Notes under the pieces: model-generated
Database searches by the model: none
What the model was told of the DNA's origin: nothing
What the model saw: only the letters and a program-made list of their open reading frames with translations
Program-made: the position numbers and the translations under genes
Assembly (NCBI GenBank): GCA_041665365.1
Contig: JBAYIY010000002.1
Coordinates: 66,178-130,177, forward strand
Length of the DNA stretch: 64,000 bases
Reading direction: 5' to 3'
DNA from: Patescibacteria group bacterium
Lineage (GTDB): Bacteria > Patescibacteriota > Patescibacteriia > UBA9570
Shown here: positions 52,375 through 62,638 of the stretch, piece by piece
Numbering within the stretch: the stretch's first letter is position 1
Layout of the letters: the number at the start of each line of letters is the position of its first letter

Positions 52375-52899
52375 TTATTCTATCACAGCCACCGCTGGAT
52401 ATACTTTAATTGTAGAAACAGTCATAGATTTTGGTTCACGGACAGTGAGGATAATGGTATTCGGGTCTAATCCACCGTTATACAATACACTATGGTCTGA
52501 ACTGGTATTAAATTTTATTATACAATCACCTGTTGTACTGACATCGCCATTTTGCTCACACGATAAAACAATGACATTATCCTGTAAAATGGTAGTACTG
52601 AGTGTAGTTGTATCGGCTATTTGTTGTACGGTGCTGCTACCTAATGTAATAGATATACCATAAGCGGTGGGCATAATACCACCACAACAGCTTTGCCCGG
52701 TAAAGGCTTTGGTTCTGGCTAAAATCAATTCGGCACGCACTACATCACTACCATTTTCCAAAGCTTGGGAGGGAGATAAACGCCTCACCTGCATAACAAC
52801 GCCCAATGTTATCACAATTAAAATCGCCAGTGTGACAACTAACTCAACTATAGTGAACCCACTGGGTTGATGTTTAGATTGGCAATTTAAGAAATGCAT
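52375..52899 (-). CDS. Minor pilin (FimT/GspH-like)
   Basis: SG|FTIVELVVTLAI; LILARTKA. Confidence 0.8.
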   Translation of the reverse strand: MHFLNCQSKHQPSGFTIVELVVTLAILIVITLGVVMQVRRLSPSQALENGSDVVRAELILARTKAFTGQSCCGGIMPTAYGISITLGSSTVQQIADTTTLSTTILQDNVIVLSCEQNGDVSTTGDCIIKFNTSSDHSVLYNGGLDPNTIILTVREPKSMTVSTIKVYPAVAVIE

Positions 52900-53647
52900 A
52901 CAAATACCAGTGAACTATTTGATTACCCCATAAAAGTGCTACAACACCGGCTCCGGTTAAAAATGTGCCGAATGGTAATGCATCACCCATTTTTTTTGAT
53001 TTTATTAATAATAATGGTAAGGCTACCAACGCTCCAGCGACGTACGCTAAAAACAAACAGACCACAATGTTTGGCCAGGCTAACATCACACCCAACATCA
53101 CTCCTAAACGAATATCCCCACTCCCCACCCACCGACCTTTTGATAACACATATTGTGCCAAAAATATTCCACCACCTAAAGCCACACCCACACCAATATC
53201 AAACATAGACCCACCCAACAACACCTGACCAATTAGAGCAATAACCATACCAGATAGAGAAAAAACATCTGGTATGGTACTAAACAGATAATCCGATAAA
53301 AATATAGCTAGACAAATTGATACTAAAATCAAGTAAATAGTTAGACGGACGGGGTCGGTATAAAAAAATATCCCTAATAAAATAAATAATCCGGCTGTTA
53401 CCGCTTCAACTAATGGATACTGTACGGAAATTGATTGCTGACAAAATAAACATCTCCCGCGTAATCCAATGTATGATAATAACGGTATTAAGGTATACCA
53501 ATATAAAGTGTGATGGCAATGTGGACACTGTGATCGACCCTGTAATGATTGGGATTGATTGATCCGTAATACTGTTGCATTTACAAAACTGCCAATGGCC
53601 AAACCGGTTAGAGCCAAAAAAACGATGACAAAAATGGTTATATCCAT
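52874..53647 (-). CDS. pilD: Prepilin peptidase (A24)
   Basis: GSFVN, RSQCPHC, GRCLFC, YPLVE, GSGDIRL, LPFGTFL; start at MDITIF. Confidence 0.95.
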   Translation of the reverse strand: MDITIFVIVFLALTGLAIGSFVNATVLRINQSQSLQGRSQCPHCHHTLYWYTLIPLLSYIGLRGRCLFCQQSISVQYPLVEAVTAGLFILLGIFFYTDPVRLTIYLILVSICLAIFLSDYLFSTIPDVFSLSGMVIALIGQVLLGGSMFDIGVGVALGGGIFLAQYVLSKGRWVGSGDIRLGVMLGVMLAWPNIVVCLFLAYVAGALVALPLLLIKSKKMGDALPFGTFLTGAGVVALLWGNQIVHWYLYAFLKLPI

Positions 53648-53684
53648 GAGGAGATTATACCACATAAAATCATTAGGGAGGCGA

Positions 53685-53726
53685 AAAACCAGTAGAGACA
53701 TGCCATGGCATGTCTCTACTGGTTTT
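53685..53726. repeat. GTAG-type REP-like palindrome / terminator after pilin
   Basis: AAAACCA-GTAGAGACATGCCATGGCATGTCTCTAC-TGGTTTT. Confidence 0.85.
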
Positions 53727-53743
53727 ATTAATATTTGGATTTC

Positions 53744-54271
53744 TTAATCCGACAAACAATACATTGGATCGACACAATCTAATGCGACGGCACTGTTACC
53801 ATCAGATGATATAAAACTGACTGGGGCTTCCCAACCAGCATCAGCAACGGCATAGGCGTTATCATCATCACCATTTAAGGCATTATGATCAGTTTGTTCT
53901 AATTCTACCGCGACAAAATACTCGATTCCGGCTGCATTAGTGCCATAAGTGTATACATATGGGCTAGTATTAGTCGGATCGATTGGTAAAGCGGTTGTGT
54001 AAGGATCGAGTGATGTGCCAAATTCAGTCCAGGTGGTGTTATTAACATCATCGGTTAATGGGTAAGTGTTGTTTTCTCTATAATATATCTCTACCGCATT
54101 CTGAATTTGTTTCACATCAGCTAACCGTTTGGTATCCCGCGCTTTACGTTGCGCCGTAGTTAATGAAACTATAGCTAAAGTGGCTAATAAACCAATAATC
54201 GCGATCACGATTAAAAGTTCGATCAAGGTAAAACCTTGAGTTTGGTCAGTTTGTGTCCTCTTAAAGGTCAT
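53744..54271 (-). CDS. Major-type type IV pilin (GspG-like), copy 1
   Basis: QG|FTLIELLIVIAIIGLLA, ARDTKRLAD, LPIDP; own TGCTATAAT promoter near 54301. Confidence 0.92.
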   Translation of the reverse strand: MTFKRTQTDQTQGFTLIELLIVIAIIGLLATLAIVSLTTAQRKARDTKRLADVKQIQNAVEIYYRENNTYPLTDDVNNTTWTEFGTSLDPYTTALPIDPTNTSPYVYTYGTNAAGIEYFVAVELEQTDHNALNGDDDNAYAVADAGWEAPVSFISSDGNSAVALDCVDPMYCLSD

Positions 54272-54326
54272 AACAGATTTGTTATTGATTAATTGCTGTG
54301 ATTATAGCATAAATGTGAAAAAGACA

Positions 54327-54434
54327 AAAGGATCGCTGAAAAGATGAAGGGTCTGAAAACGCTGAAGAAGATTTATTTATATTACATTCTTTTTCAGCGT
54401 TTTCATGTCTTATTCATCTATTCAGCGATCCTTT
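54327..54434. repeat. Long imperfect inverted repeat between the two pilins
   Basis: AAAGGATCGCTGAA..AGATGAA..TGAAAACGCTGAA / TTCAGCGTTTTCA..TTCATCT..TTCAGCGATCCTTT. Confidence 0.8.
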
Positions 54435-54447
54435 CCCACAAAAACCA

Positions 54448-54476
54448 ACAGAGACGCCCCACCGGGACGTCTCTGT
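54448..54476. repeat. Degenerate REP-like palindrome
   Basis: ACAGAGACGCCCCACCGGGACGTCTCTGT. Confidence 0.6.
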
Positions 54477-54503
54477 ACACTTGATGACATTATTTATTAA
54501 ACA

Positions 54504-55046
54504 TCACTCAGAAGCACAATAGATTGGATCGGCACAACTAAATGTGTTCAAGTCAGTAGCGCCAGTATCATTAGATGATACATAATCAACACCGGCAAGC
54601 CAGCCTGCAGTAGTGCCGACTATATAACTACCATCATCATCTCCACTTAAAGCAGTGTGACTGGTATCTTCTAACTTAGCACCGATAAAATACTCTGTAC
54701 CGACTGAGTTAGCACCATACGTATATATTGATGTACCACTATTTGTTGGATCAACCGGTATATTAGTAATGTAATTACCAATGCCAGTTGTAGACCCGAA
54801 TTCAGTCCATGTTTCGTTAGTAGTATCTGTGCTTAATGGATAAGCTGAACTTTCACTATAAAACAACTCCACAGCATTCTGTAGTTGTTTCACATCAGCT
54901 AAACGTTTGGTGTCACGGGCTTTACGTTGCGCCGTGGTTAACGACACGATGGCTAAGGTGGCTAATAAACCGATAATCGCGATAACGATTAAAAGTTCGA
55001 TCAAGGTAAAACCTTGTTCATTTGTTTGTGTACGACTTATTGTCAT
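54504..55046 (-). CDS. Major-type type IV pilin (GspG-like), copy 2
   Basis: QG|FTLIELLIVIAIIGLLA, identical N-terminal helix to copy 1, IPVDP. Confidence 0.92.
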   Translation of the reverse strand: MTISRTQTNEQGFTLIELLIVIAIIGLLATLAIVSLTTAQRKARDTKRLADVKQLQNAVELFYSESSAYPLSTDTTNETWTEFGSTTGIGNYITNIPVDPTNSGTSIYTYGANSVGTEYFIGAKLEDTSHTALSGDDDGSYIVGTTAGWLAGVDYVSSNDTGATDLNTFSCADPIYCASE

Positions 55047-55123
55047 AGCAAATTTATTAAGGATTTGATTAGTTAATATATCGATAGTATACCATACCGC
55101 TTAAACCTAAGCAATAGTCCGCC

Positions 55124-56335
55124 TTAGGAAATGGTATTGGTGGCACCATAAATTGGCGCTAAAATCCCATAGACCATAATGAATGCCCCTACCCCAAGAG
55201 TGATAATAATAATCGGTTCGATTAAACTGGTGATATTACTCAAACTAGTATCAACCTCTTGCACATAAAAATTGCCTAACTTCATTAAGATAGCATCAAG
55301 CTTGCCGGTTTCTTCACCGACACTCATCATCTGTGCCACCATGGGCGGAATGACGGTGCTCTTTAAAAAAGACGCCGAGATAGCGTTACCGGCTTCAACT
55401 TCCTTGATAGTATGAATTATTAAATCTTTATACACAGAATTACTGACAATATCAGCCACAATATTAAGAGCCGTTGGTAAGGGCACACCACTGCTGAGTA
55501 AATTGGATAAACTGATGGCAAACCGACCGAGCACAATACGCTGATAAATCGGTCCAATAATAGGCGCTTTGATTTTGAAATAATCAACCGAATAACGACC
55601 GCTCTCGGTACTGATAAAAAATCTGAAACCCACCACCGTACCCACGACAAGTATTAATATTAACCACCAAAAATGTTGTAAAGCATAACTCGCTCCAATC
55701 ATAATCTGGGTTGGTAAAGGTATTTTGGCACCGCTTTGGGTAATAATTTCTGTAATGGGCGGAACAACATAAATTAACATGATAACGCCCACCGCCAACA
55801 TCACACTAATAATAAACGCCGGATAAATCATGGCCCCGCGCACCCGACTCATGAGAGCGTAATCTTTTTCTTTTTGCGTAGCTAAATACTCAAAGACCTC
55901 ATCCAACCGGCCAGTGGTTTCACCGGCGCGAATCATGTGGGTAAAAAATTGATCAAACACTTTTGGATACTTCCCCATCGCGGTGGATAACTTAGCACCC
56001 CCATCCACTTCAGAGGCGACATCAGCGATAATCTTTTTTAAGAAATTATTTTCCGTTTGGCGAGTTAATATTTTTAGAGCGCGCACTACTGGCACAGTAG
56101 CATTAATTAAAACTGATAATTGTCTGGCAAAAAAAGTGATATCCCGCACGGAAATGCGGTGCGAAAACTGTTCCCATCGTTCCGCTAGTGTGATTGTGGA
56201 ACGTTCAGCTAATTCGATAACAATCAGTTGCCGTTCACGTAATTCTTCGTTAGCCACATCTAAACTTGGTGCTTCAATCACCCCTTTGGTTAATTGACCT
56301 TGAGCCGAGCGCGCTTTATAAACAAACAGTGCCAT
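55124..56335 (-). CDS. pilC: Type IV pilus platform protein (GspF/PilC)
   Basis: FFARQLSVLI, MIRAGETTGRLD, GAMIYP, VGEETGKLD, LIEP. Confidence 0.95.
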   Translation of the reverse strand: MALFVYKARSAQGQLTKGVIEAPSLDVANEELRERQLIVIELAERSTITLAERWEQFSHRISVRDITFFARQLSVLINATVPVVRALKILTRQTENNFLKKIIADVASEVDGGAKLSTAMGKYPKVFDQFFTHMIRAGETTGRLDEVFEYLATQKEKDYALMSRVRGAMIYPAFIISVMLAVGVIMLIYVVPPITEIITQSGAKIPLPTQIMIGASYALQHFWWLILILVVGTVVGFRFFISTESGRYSVDYFKIKAPIIGPIYQRIVLGRFAISLSNLLSSGVPLPTALNIVADIVSNSVYKDLIIHTIKEVEAGNAISASFLKSTVIPPMVAQMMSVGEETGKLDAILMKLGNFYVQEVDTSLSNITSLIEPIIIITLGVGAFIMVYGILAPIYGATNTIS

Positions 56336-56341
56336 ATTATG

Positions 56342-57337
56342 TTAAGTCAATGATTGATCAAAGGTTATCATACCATCATTCCGGCCACTTTCAATCAACA
56401 TACCGATTTTATCAAATGAATCTTTTTTAATAACTGTTATCGTAGCGGCATTTTTGCGCAGTACTTCACAGGCGATGGTCACTTGTCCCCCGACATTGGT
56501 TTGTTTTAGCGCTATCACCGCTTCTAATTGATTACTTAAAACTTCCCGAATACTGGCTTGTTCATCCATCCGGAAACAATTTACAATGCTTGATAAAGCA
56601 GAGGCAACATTTGGTGACAATACTTCTAAGATAACTAATTTACCTGATTGCACGATCTGTAGAACTGTCCGCACAACACTGGCATCAATCGGTACATTAA
56701 CTGTCACGATATCTATATCTTCTTGATATAATCTGGATAAAGCACTCGGCATATCTGACACATCTGTGCCCACTTCCACTTGCTCAATGATTGATTTATT
56801 GTCGGTAAAACGATATTCAATCGGCTGTTCGAAGGTCATAATGTGTGCCGCTAATGTCTGGTTGTATTCTTCAACCATACCAGATACCAGGGTGCTTTTA
56901 CCCGTGCCGTATGTTCCGGCTACAACAATCAAACCTTGTTTTATGGAGACACATTGTTTTACGGCATCATGAATTGTCCAACGTGTTAAGGGTTGCACCA
57001 CAGCCGGTATTAAACGAAAACTGGCACTGATATTCCCCTGCTGGGCATAGGCGTGAAATTTATACCGTGTCTTACCTTTAAAGGTTAATGTTACTAAAAT
57101 ATCTTTCTTTAACTGAAATTGTTCCCACTGTTGATCGGATAGTAGGGCTTGCACCACAGTAATAATAAAATCATTCGTTAATAATGGTTCACTGGTTAAA
57201 GGTTGGATACGTCCGGCAATACGCAGACTAGGTGGATTAGCGACGGTTAAATGCAAATCAGAGGCTTTGTATTCAGCTACACTAGCTAGCAATTTGGTCA
57301 GACGTAATTCAGTTGTGGTATCAAGTAAACCTGGCAT
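56342..57337 (-). CDS. PilT-like ATPase with degenerate catalytic motifs
   Basis: ASDLHL, GTYGTGKST, TFEQPIEY, GMITFDQSL; Walker B and His box altered. Confidence 0.8.
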   Translation of the reverse strand: MPGLLDTTTELRLTKLLASVAEYKASDLHLTVANPPSLRIAGRIQPLTSEPLLTNDFIITVVQALLSDQQWEQFQLKKDILVTLTFKGKTRYKFHAYAQQGNISASFRLIPAVVQPLTRWTIHDAVKQCVSIKQGLIVVAGTYGTGKSTLVSGMVEEYNQTLAAHIMTFEQPIEYRFTDNKSIIEQVEVGTDVSDMPSALSRLYQEDIDIVTVNVPIDASVVRTVLQIVQSGKLVILEVLSPNVASALSSIVNCFRMDEQASIREVLSNQLEAVIALKQTNVGGQVTIACEVLRKNAATITVIKKDSFDKIGMLIESGRNDGMITFDQSLT

Positions 57338-57345
57338 ATTATGTG

Positions 57346-59064
57346 TTATATTTTAGTAGCATTCCAAACTTCCTCCAGCGTGGTCAACCCACGCAGCGCT
57401 TTAATTAAACCATCTTGGCGAATTGTGAACATACCCTGAGCCTTTTGCTCGGCACTAATCTGATCGGCATCGTTGACACCACCATCACTAATTAATTTAC
57501 GTAATGAGGGTGTGTTTTCTAAAACTTCACAAATCGCAATCCGACCATGATACCCACTATCCTCACAGAAACTACAGCCTTTACCTTGATACAGTTTAAA
57601 CGGCGGCAATAATGTTACATCTCTCGGTAAGTAACTGATGGGCATGGTTTTTATTTCGGCCATCATTTCCGTTGCGCGATTTTTATCGACCGTAATGGGT
57701 TGTTTGCAATGTTCACAAATTTTTCGCACCAACCGTTGCGCTACAATCAAGCTGAGGGCACTAGCCACCAAGAAAGGTTCTACGGCCATATCAACCAAAC
57801 GTGGAATCGCGCCAAAGGCATCATTAGTGTGCAAAGTGGATAAAACTTTATGGCCGGTTAGAGCCGCGTGAATGGCTAACTCGGCGGTTTCGTTATCACG
57901 AATTTCTCCCACCATAATCACGTCTGGATCCTGCCGCAACACGGAGCGTAAACCATTGGCAAAGGTTAAACCAATTTCCGGACGCATCTGTGATTGCGCA
58001 ATACCAGGTAGATTATACTCCACCGGGTCTTCTAAAGTAATGATATTCACCCCCTCTTGGTTTAACATCACCAACATGGAATACAGTGAGGTACTTTTAC
58101 CAGACCCGGTTGGGCCGGTGACTAAAATTAAACCGTGTGGATCAAGTAAATGTTTATTGATGCGATCTAAACTATGATCGGTAAAACCAAGATTCTGTAA
58201 AGTCACCACACTGGCTGAAGTATCCAAAATACGCATCACCACTTTCTCATTATCCAGTAATGGTAAAGTCGAGACCCGAAATTCGATATCGCGTCCATCA
58301 AAGCGCATTTTGAAACGCCCATCTTGCGGTAAACGGGTTTCATCTAATTTCATATTAGATAATACTTTAATACGCGCAATTAATGATTTATGTACTTTTA
58401 AGGGCAACACCAATGAGGTATGCAGCACCCCATCCATGCGGTAACGCACGCGTGATTCTTTACCGACTGGTTCAATGTGTACATCCGAGGCTTTCCCTTC
58501 AATGGCATGTTTTAGAATCACTTGAACCATTTTAGTCACCGGTGCTGTGTGCATCACTTCACCCGCTGCCACTTCAGTTTCACTCGTTAAATCCACATCA
58601 TCAGTCGTGGTATTGGCAATGGCTTGCTGCACAGAACTATCCATATTGCCATATTGATGTAATACCTGTCGCACCGATTCTGTCGTGGCACTGAAATATT
58701 GAAACCGCAGTCGCTCTTGCCGACCAATAAAATCTAACACCTCCACTGCGCGAAAATCTTCCGGATTAACACACGCCACACTAACTATTCCACCCTCTAG
58801 TTTAAACGGCACCAACTGATAATTTTCCGCAATCTCCGGTGGAATAACGTGTAAGACATCGGTTGGTACCTGCTGCCCTTCTAAATTGACATATTGGATA
58901 CTCAAAACAGCCGCTTTGGCTTGAGCCACTTGTTCAGCTGTCGCTAAATGATTCGTCTCTAGTTTAGCTAAAATTTCAGCTTGATCCGTACCGGTCGGTA
59001 TGGCCGTAATAATATGTTGCGCCAACAGGTACTGTAAAACTGAAGTGATGAAATTATTCGGCAT
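57346..59064 (-). CDS. pilB: Type IV pilus assembly ATPase (GspE/PilB)
   Basis: ASDVHIEP, RLPQDGR, GPTGSGKST, LRQDPDVIMVGEIRD, TGHKVLSTLHTN, two CxxC. Confidence 0.96.
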   Translation of the reverse strand: MPNNFITSVLQYLLAQHIITAIPTGTDQAEILAKLETNHLATAEQVAQAKAAVLSIQYVNLEGQQVPTDVLHVIPPEIAENYQLVPFKLEGGIVSVACVNPEDFRAVEVLDFIGRQERLRFQYFSATTESVRQVLHQYGNMDSSVQQAIANTTTDDVDLTSETEVAAGEVMHTAPVTKMVQVILKHAIEGKASDVHIEPVGKESRVRYRMDGVLHTSLVLPLKVHKSLIARIKVLSNMKLDETRLPQDGRFKMRFDGRDIEFRVSTLPLLDNEKVVMRILDTSASVVTLQNLGFTDHSLDRINKHLLDPHGLILVTGPTGSGKSTSLYSMLVMLNQEGVNIITLEDPVEYNLPGIAQSQMRPEIGLTFANGLRSVLRQDPDVIMVGEIRDNETAELAIHAALTGHKVLSTLHTNDAFGAIPRLVDMAVEPFLVASALSLIVAQRLVRKICEHCKQPITVDKNRATEMMAEIKTMPISYLPRDVTLLPPFKLYQGKGCSFCEDSGYHGRIAICEVLENTPSLRKLISDGGVNDADQISAEQKAQGMFTIRQDGLIKALRGLTTLEEVWNATKI

Positions 59065-59953
59065 TGGGTGTTTTCTCTGGCGTCAAAAATGGTGCGGCGT
59101 GCCCTGGTTGAGTAGTCATAATACTTTTAGTCGATTCGTTCTTGGCCTGATCTAAGGCTGTAACGGTGTAATAATATGATACCCCGGGTGTGACATTGGT
59201 ATCACGGGCTGACCAAACATCAATTGTGGTTTCCACTAACATTTGGCCTAATTGGCCGGCGGTGGTTGACCGATATAAGCGATAAGCCGTGACATCACTG
59301 CTTTGGCTGGCTTGCCAAGTGATCAATAAGGCTGTGTCTGTAGTATCAGATACAACTGATACTACTAATGGTGCCGCCGGTGGTGTGACATCAGTTGGAA
59401 TAACTGTCACTGGACTACTCCACTCAGAGTAAACTTTTGTACTAGTGGCATCCAGATTATAAGATCTTAATGTATAAGAATATTTAGTATTATTTATAAT
59501 TGTAGTATCAAAATAACTACCTTGTTTGCCCAAACCATCGGTGACAATAACTTGTTCATCACGCTTTATTTCGATGCCAGTATAATCTTGCCCTAATGGT
59601 ACCGACCATTGAATTAGCACGCGGTTGCCCAATTTTGTATCCAGGGCTGAAATTTGGGTTGGCGGCAAAGGCACTCCAATCTTATTGGCAATACCAGACA
59701 TTTGTTTAGCAAAATCCGGTGAATAATTTCCTTGATGATCAAACCACTGTCCGGATAAAACATTGGCCACCGGTAAATTGCTGACAACTTGAGCTTGCGT
59801 GGCCGTGGGCGCTGTTTGCTGAATAACATTAAACTGATCGGCTCGGCGCAACAAATACAGTTGCACCCCACCAATCCCTGCCGCTAACAAGCTCACGGTC
59901 ATGAGTAGAATCACGCTCCAGCGTAAAAAATGAACGCGGCGTTGGACACTCAT
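59054..59953 (-). CDS. Membrane-anchored fibronectin type III domain protein
   Basis: N-terminal TM; DVTPPAAP, YRLYRS, YYYTVTALDQAKNES. Confidence 0.8.
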   Translation of the reverse strand: MSVQRRVHFLRWSVILLMTVSLLAAGIGGVQLYLLRRADQFNVIQQTAPTATQAQVVSNLPVANVLSGQWFDHQGNYSPDFAKQMSGIANKIGVPLPPTQISALDTKLGNRVLIQWSVPLGQDYTGIEIKRDEQVIVTDGLGKQGSYFDTTIINNTKYSYTLRSYNLDATSTKVYSEWSSPVTVIPTDVTPPAAPLVVSVVSDTTDTALLITWQASQSSDVTAYRLYRSTTAGQLGQMLVETTIDVWSARDTNVTPGVSYYYTVTALDQAKNESTKSIMTTQPGHAAPFLTPEKTPNAE

Positions 59954-60528
59954 AAGGTGGGTGTGCGTTGATAAGTTTTTAACACAAATGTAAAGCTCGT
60001 TGTGCCCGGGCTGTAAGCCAAACTATCCAGTGTCATCAAATGTGGATATTGTTCCAAGTGACGAACGAGGGCTTTAAAATCTTCATATGTTACCTCTTCA
60101 GACGTCGCCGTCACATTAAGACTAAGAGTGACCGGCTCATAGATAGTTGGTGGTTCATTAGGTGTGGCTGAAACGTTGACACTATCAACCACAAACTGAG
60201 TACCCGATAATAATTGTTCCATTTCAGCATAAACTAACCCTTCGCTGTACTGCGCTGGTAATATCACATCCACCACCCTAAAAACTCTCCGATCAAGTTG
60301 CTCATAATTAGTTTGCATGGCGTCTAATTGCTTCACATACAACTGATGCTGACTAATAATATCGATAATATTGCTATAGGTCACACTGCCGGCCGTTTGC
60401 ATGCGTTGATATTGTGGCCACAGTAAACCATAGCCTAACCCACCCACAATAATAATAATAAATACTAACGCGACATAACTATAATAGCGCTGTAACCATA
60501 AATTAAATTGTTCACTGCGACTGTTCAT
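59950..60528 (-). CDS. PilO-like protein
   Basis: Single TM plus ferredoxin-like YEDFKALVRHLE; position after pilM-pilN. Confidence 0.7.
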   Translation of the reverse strand: MNSRSEQFNLWLQRYYSYVALVFIIIIVGGLGYGLLWPQYQRMQTAGSVTYSNIIDIISQHQLYVKQLDAMQTNYEQLDRRVFRVVDVILPAQYSEGLVYAEMEQLLSGTQFVVDSVNVSATPNEPPTIYEPVTLSLNVTATSEEVTYEDFKALVRHLEQYPHLMTLDSLAYSPGTTSFTFVLKTYQRTPTL

Positions 60529-61492
60529 AGGCTCCGTTGGGTTGGAATTTTAAGACGGCTGGATCAACCTGCAAACTTAAATTAAACTGCACTCCACTAT
60601 CCGATCGTGACACATTGGTCACACTAACTTCTGTTACCGCTGGATTATTCCGCCACACGGCCAACTGTTGTGTAATGGTAGTAAAATCTGGTGCCACAGC
60701 TTGTAAAGTCATAACGCCACTAGCATTACCAGAAAATCCGGAATAGCCCACACTCGGTAAAGTAGTTTGTTCTAACATTTGCAACCATTGTGTCCAATAC
60801 ATTTGCTGATCCAATAAACCTTGTACCGCCACTAAAGTGTCATTAGTGGCGTTCACTTCATTTTGTAATGTTGTGTAGGTTAATATTTTTTGATCAACCA
60901 CATTCAATTCTTCAATCGCCGCTTGCGCTTTAAATAGAAACCACGCTTGATACCCCACCATACCTAAATACACTAAGGTGACTAACAAAACCGTGACCGT
61001 ACTCAGCCGCAATAACCGATATAAACTAGCCTGCTGTTGGAGTGGCTGTTGAATGGAATTGGGGAGTAAATTTACACCGATCGCTCCCGGTACCAGTGCA
61101 GCCGGCTGCGTCATGGCACCACGCATATGGCTAACATTTTGCGCTACAACTTCACCCACATTGGTGGCATGACGTGATGATGCCGCCATTGGTGTAGGCG
61201 CTGGTATAGGTGTAGGCGCCGGAGCCGCCGGTGGAGTTGGTTTCACTACTGGTTTTACTGGAACTAGTGGAACAGGTGGAGTCGGTAAAACCAGTGCCAC
61301 CGGTTTTGGTTGAACCGGTGCCACTGGTAAAGCTACTGGTGCCGGAACAGGCGGCGGTGGAGCCGGTGGTAATTGCTGTGGTTTAACTGGTGTCACAGGT
61401 TGAGTACTACCTGGTGCGGTATATTCAACCTCATACGCACCAGGCTTGGTTGACGACCGTTTGTTGCTTGTGCTAATAAAATCCACTGCCAT
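60512..61492 (-). CDS. PilN-like protein with Pro-rich N-terminal linker
   Basis: VNLLP before TM; WTQWLQMLEQTTLPSV; position after pilM. Confidence 0.75.
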   Translation of the reverse strand: MAVDFISTSNKRSSTKPGAYEVEYTAPGSTQPVTPVKPQQLPPAPPPPVPAPVALPVAPVQPKPVALVLPTPPVPLVPVKPVVKPTPPAAPAPTPIPAPTPMAASSRHATNVGEVVAQNVSHMRGAMTQPAALVPGAIGVNLLPNSIQQPLQQQASLYRLLRLSTVTVLLVTLVYLGMVGYQAWFLFKAQAAIEELNVVDQKILTYTTLQNEVNATNDTLVAVQGLLDQQMYWTQWLQMLEQTTLPSVGYSGFSGNASGVMTLQAVAPDFTTITQQLAVWRNNPAVTEVSVTNVSRSDSGVQFNLSLQVDPAVLKFQPNGAYEQSQ

Positions 61493-61497
61493 AGCAG

Positions 61498-62610
61498 TTA
61501 AACAATTTCGCGCATGGCTAAACCAACCGCAATCGACATGCGTGGGCCAATTTCGGCTAACACCGGTTTAAGCTCTACTGGATACATCACCCGCGCCCAA
61601 GGATCACCAATTAACACTTTAACGTTCAATACTTGGGCTAAGTAGTTTGGTAAATTTGGTAGCCAGGCCGAACCACCAGTGAGAATAATTTTCTCAATCC
61701 GCGCCGAACTTTGATTGTGATACAAATTCAATACATAATTAATTTCAGTAACCACTGAAGACACCATGAATTCAATCCGTTTCGGAATTTGGTTAGTGCT
61801 GGAACCAGTGGCAATCAAACCAAAATCACGTTTAAATTGTTCAGCCCGTTCCACATCAACATTCAAACTACTGGCAATGGTCTTAGTAATAGTTTGCCCA
61901 CCTAAATCGATACTGCGATTCACCACCGGTACACTCGCTACTACTACACTAATACTGGTGGTGGTGGCACCGATATCAACAATCATAATGGGTGCCCGAT
62001 CGTGCCCCACCAAGGCTCTTTCTAGAGCAAAGGCTTCAGTTTCCAGTTTCACTAAATTCAAACCGGCCATTTTGAACAACTCAACATAATTATTCACCAA
62101 ATCGGCTGGCGCGGCGGTTAACAAAATCTTTTTATATTTTTTTGGAGTAGACTTTAAGGTACTGGCACTATCTTTCGTTTGAGTATTTGGTTGAGTGTTT
62201 TGTGATGGAATATGTTCGTGATCGTCATAGTTAGTCAATTCATCATAAGACAACACCATTTTTTCCAGCGGCATGGGCACAATCTTTTTGGCTTCCCAAT
62301 GCACCGCCGCATCAAGCTCTTTGGCTTTCATGTCCGGCAAAGTAATCACCGATGAAAACACGGTATAACTCGGTAAAGCCGCTACCACTTGGTTAGTGCT
62401 CACTTTAGCTTTATCCAACACTTTTTTCAGTGTTTCAACAATTTTTTGTTTCGCCTCAGTACTTTCAATTTTTAAAACTGGGGTAGGTTTTTCAATGTAA
62501 CCATACGTTTGTAGTTTGGGACGGCCTTTTTCGTTCTTTAATTCAACAATTTTCAGAGATGCCCCACCAATGTCGATACCAATATAGGTTTGTGATCCAC
62601 GAAATGCCAT
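61498..62610 (-). CDS. pilM: Type IV pilus assembly protein PilM
   Basis: IGIDIG..SLKIVEL, ETEAFALERAL, IVDIGATTT, IILTGGSA, IAVGLAMR. Confidence 0.96.
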   Translation of the reverse strand: MAFRGSQTYIGIDIGGASLKIVELKNEKGRPKLQTYGYIEKPTPVLKIESTEAKQKIVETLKKVLDKAKVSTNQVVAALPSYTVFSSVITLPDMKAKELDAAVHWEAKKIVPMPLEKMVLSYDELTNYDDHEHIPSQNTQPNTQTKDSASTLKSTPKKYKKILLTAAPADLVNNYVELFKMAGLNLVKLETEAFALERALVGHDRAPIMIVDIGATTTSISVVVASVPVVNRSIDLGGQTITKTIASSLNVDVERAEQFKRDFGLIATGSSTNQIPKRIEFMVSSVVTEINYVLNLYHNQSSARIEKIILTGGSAWLPNLPNYLAQVLNVKVLIGDPWARVMYPVELKPVLAEIGPRMSIAVGLAMREIV

Positions 62611-62638
62611 AGTGAAAAAATTATACCATTTTTTTATA

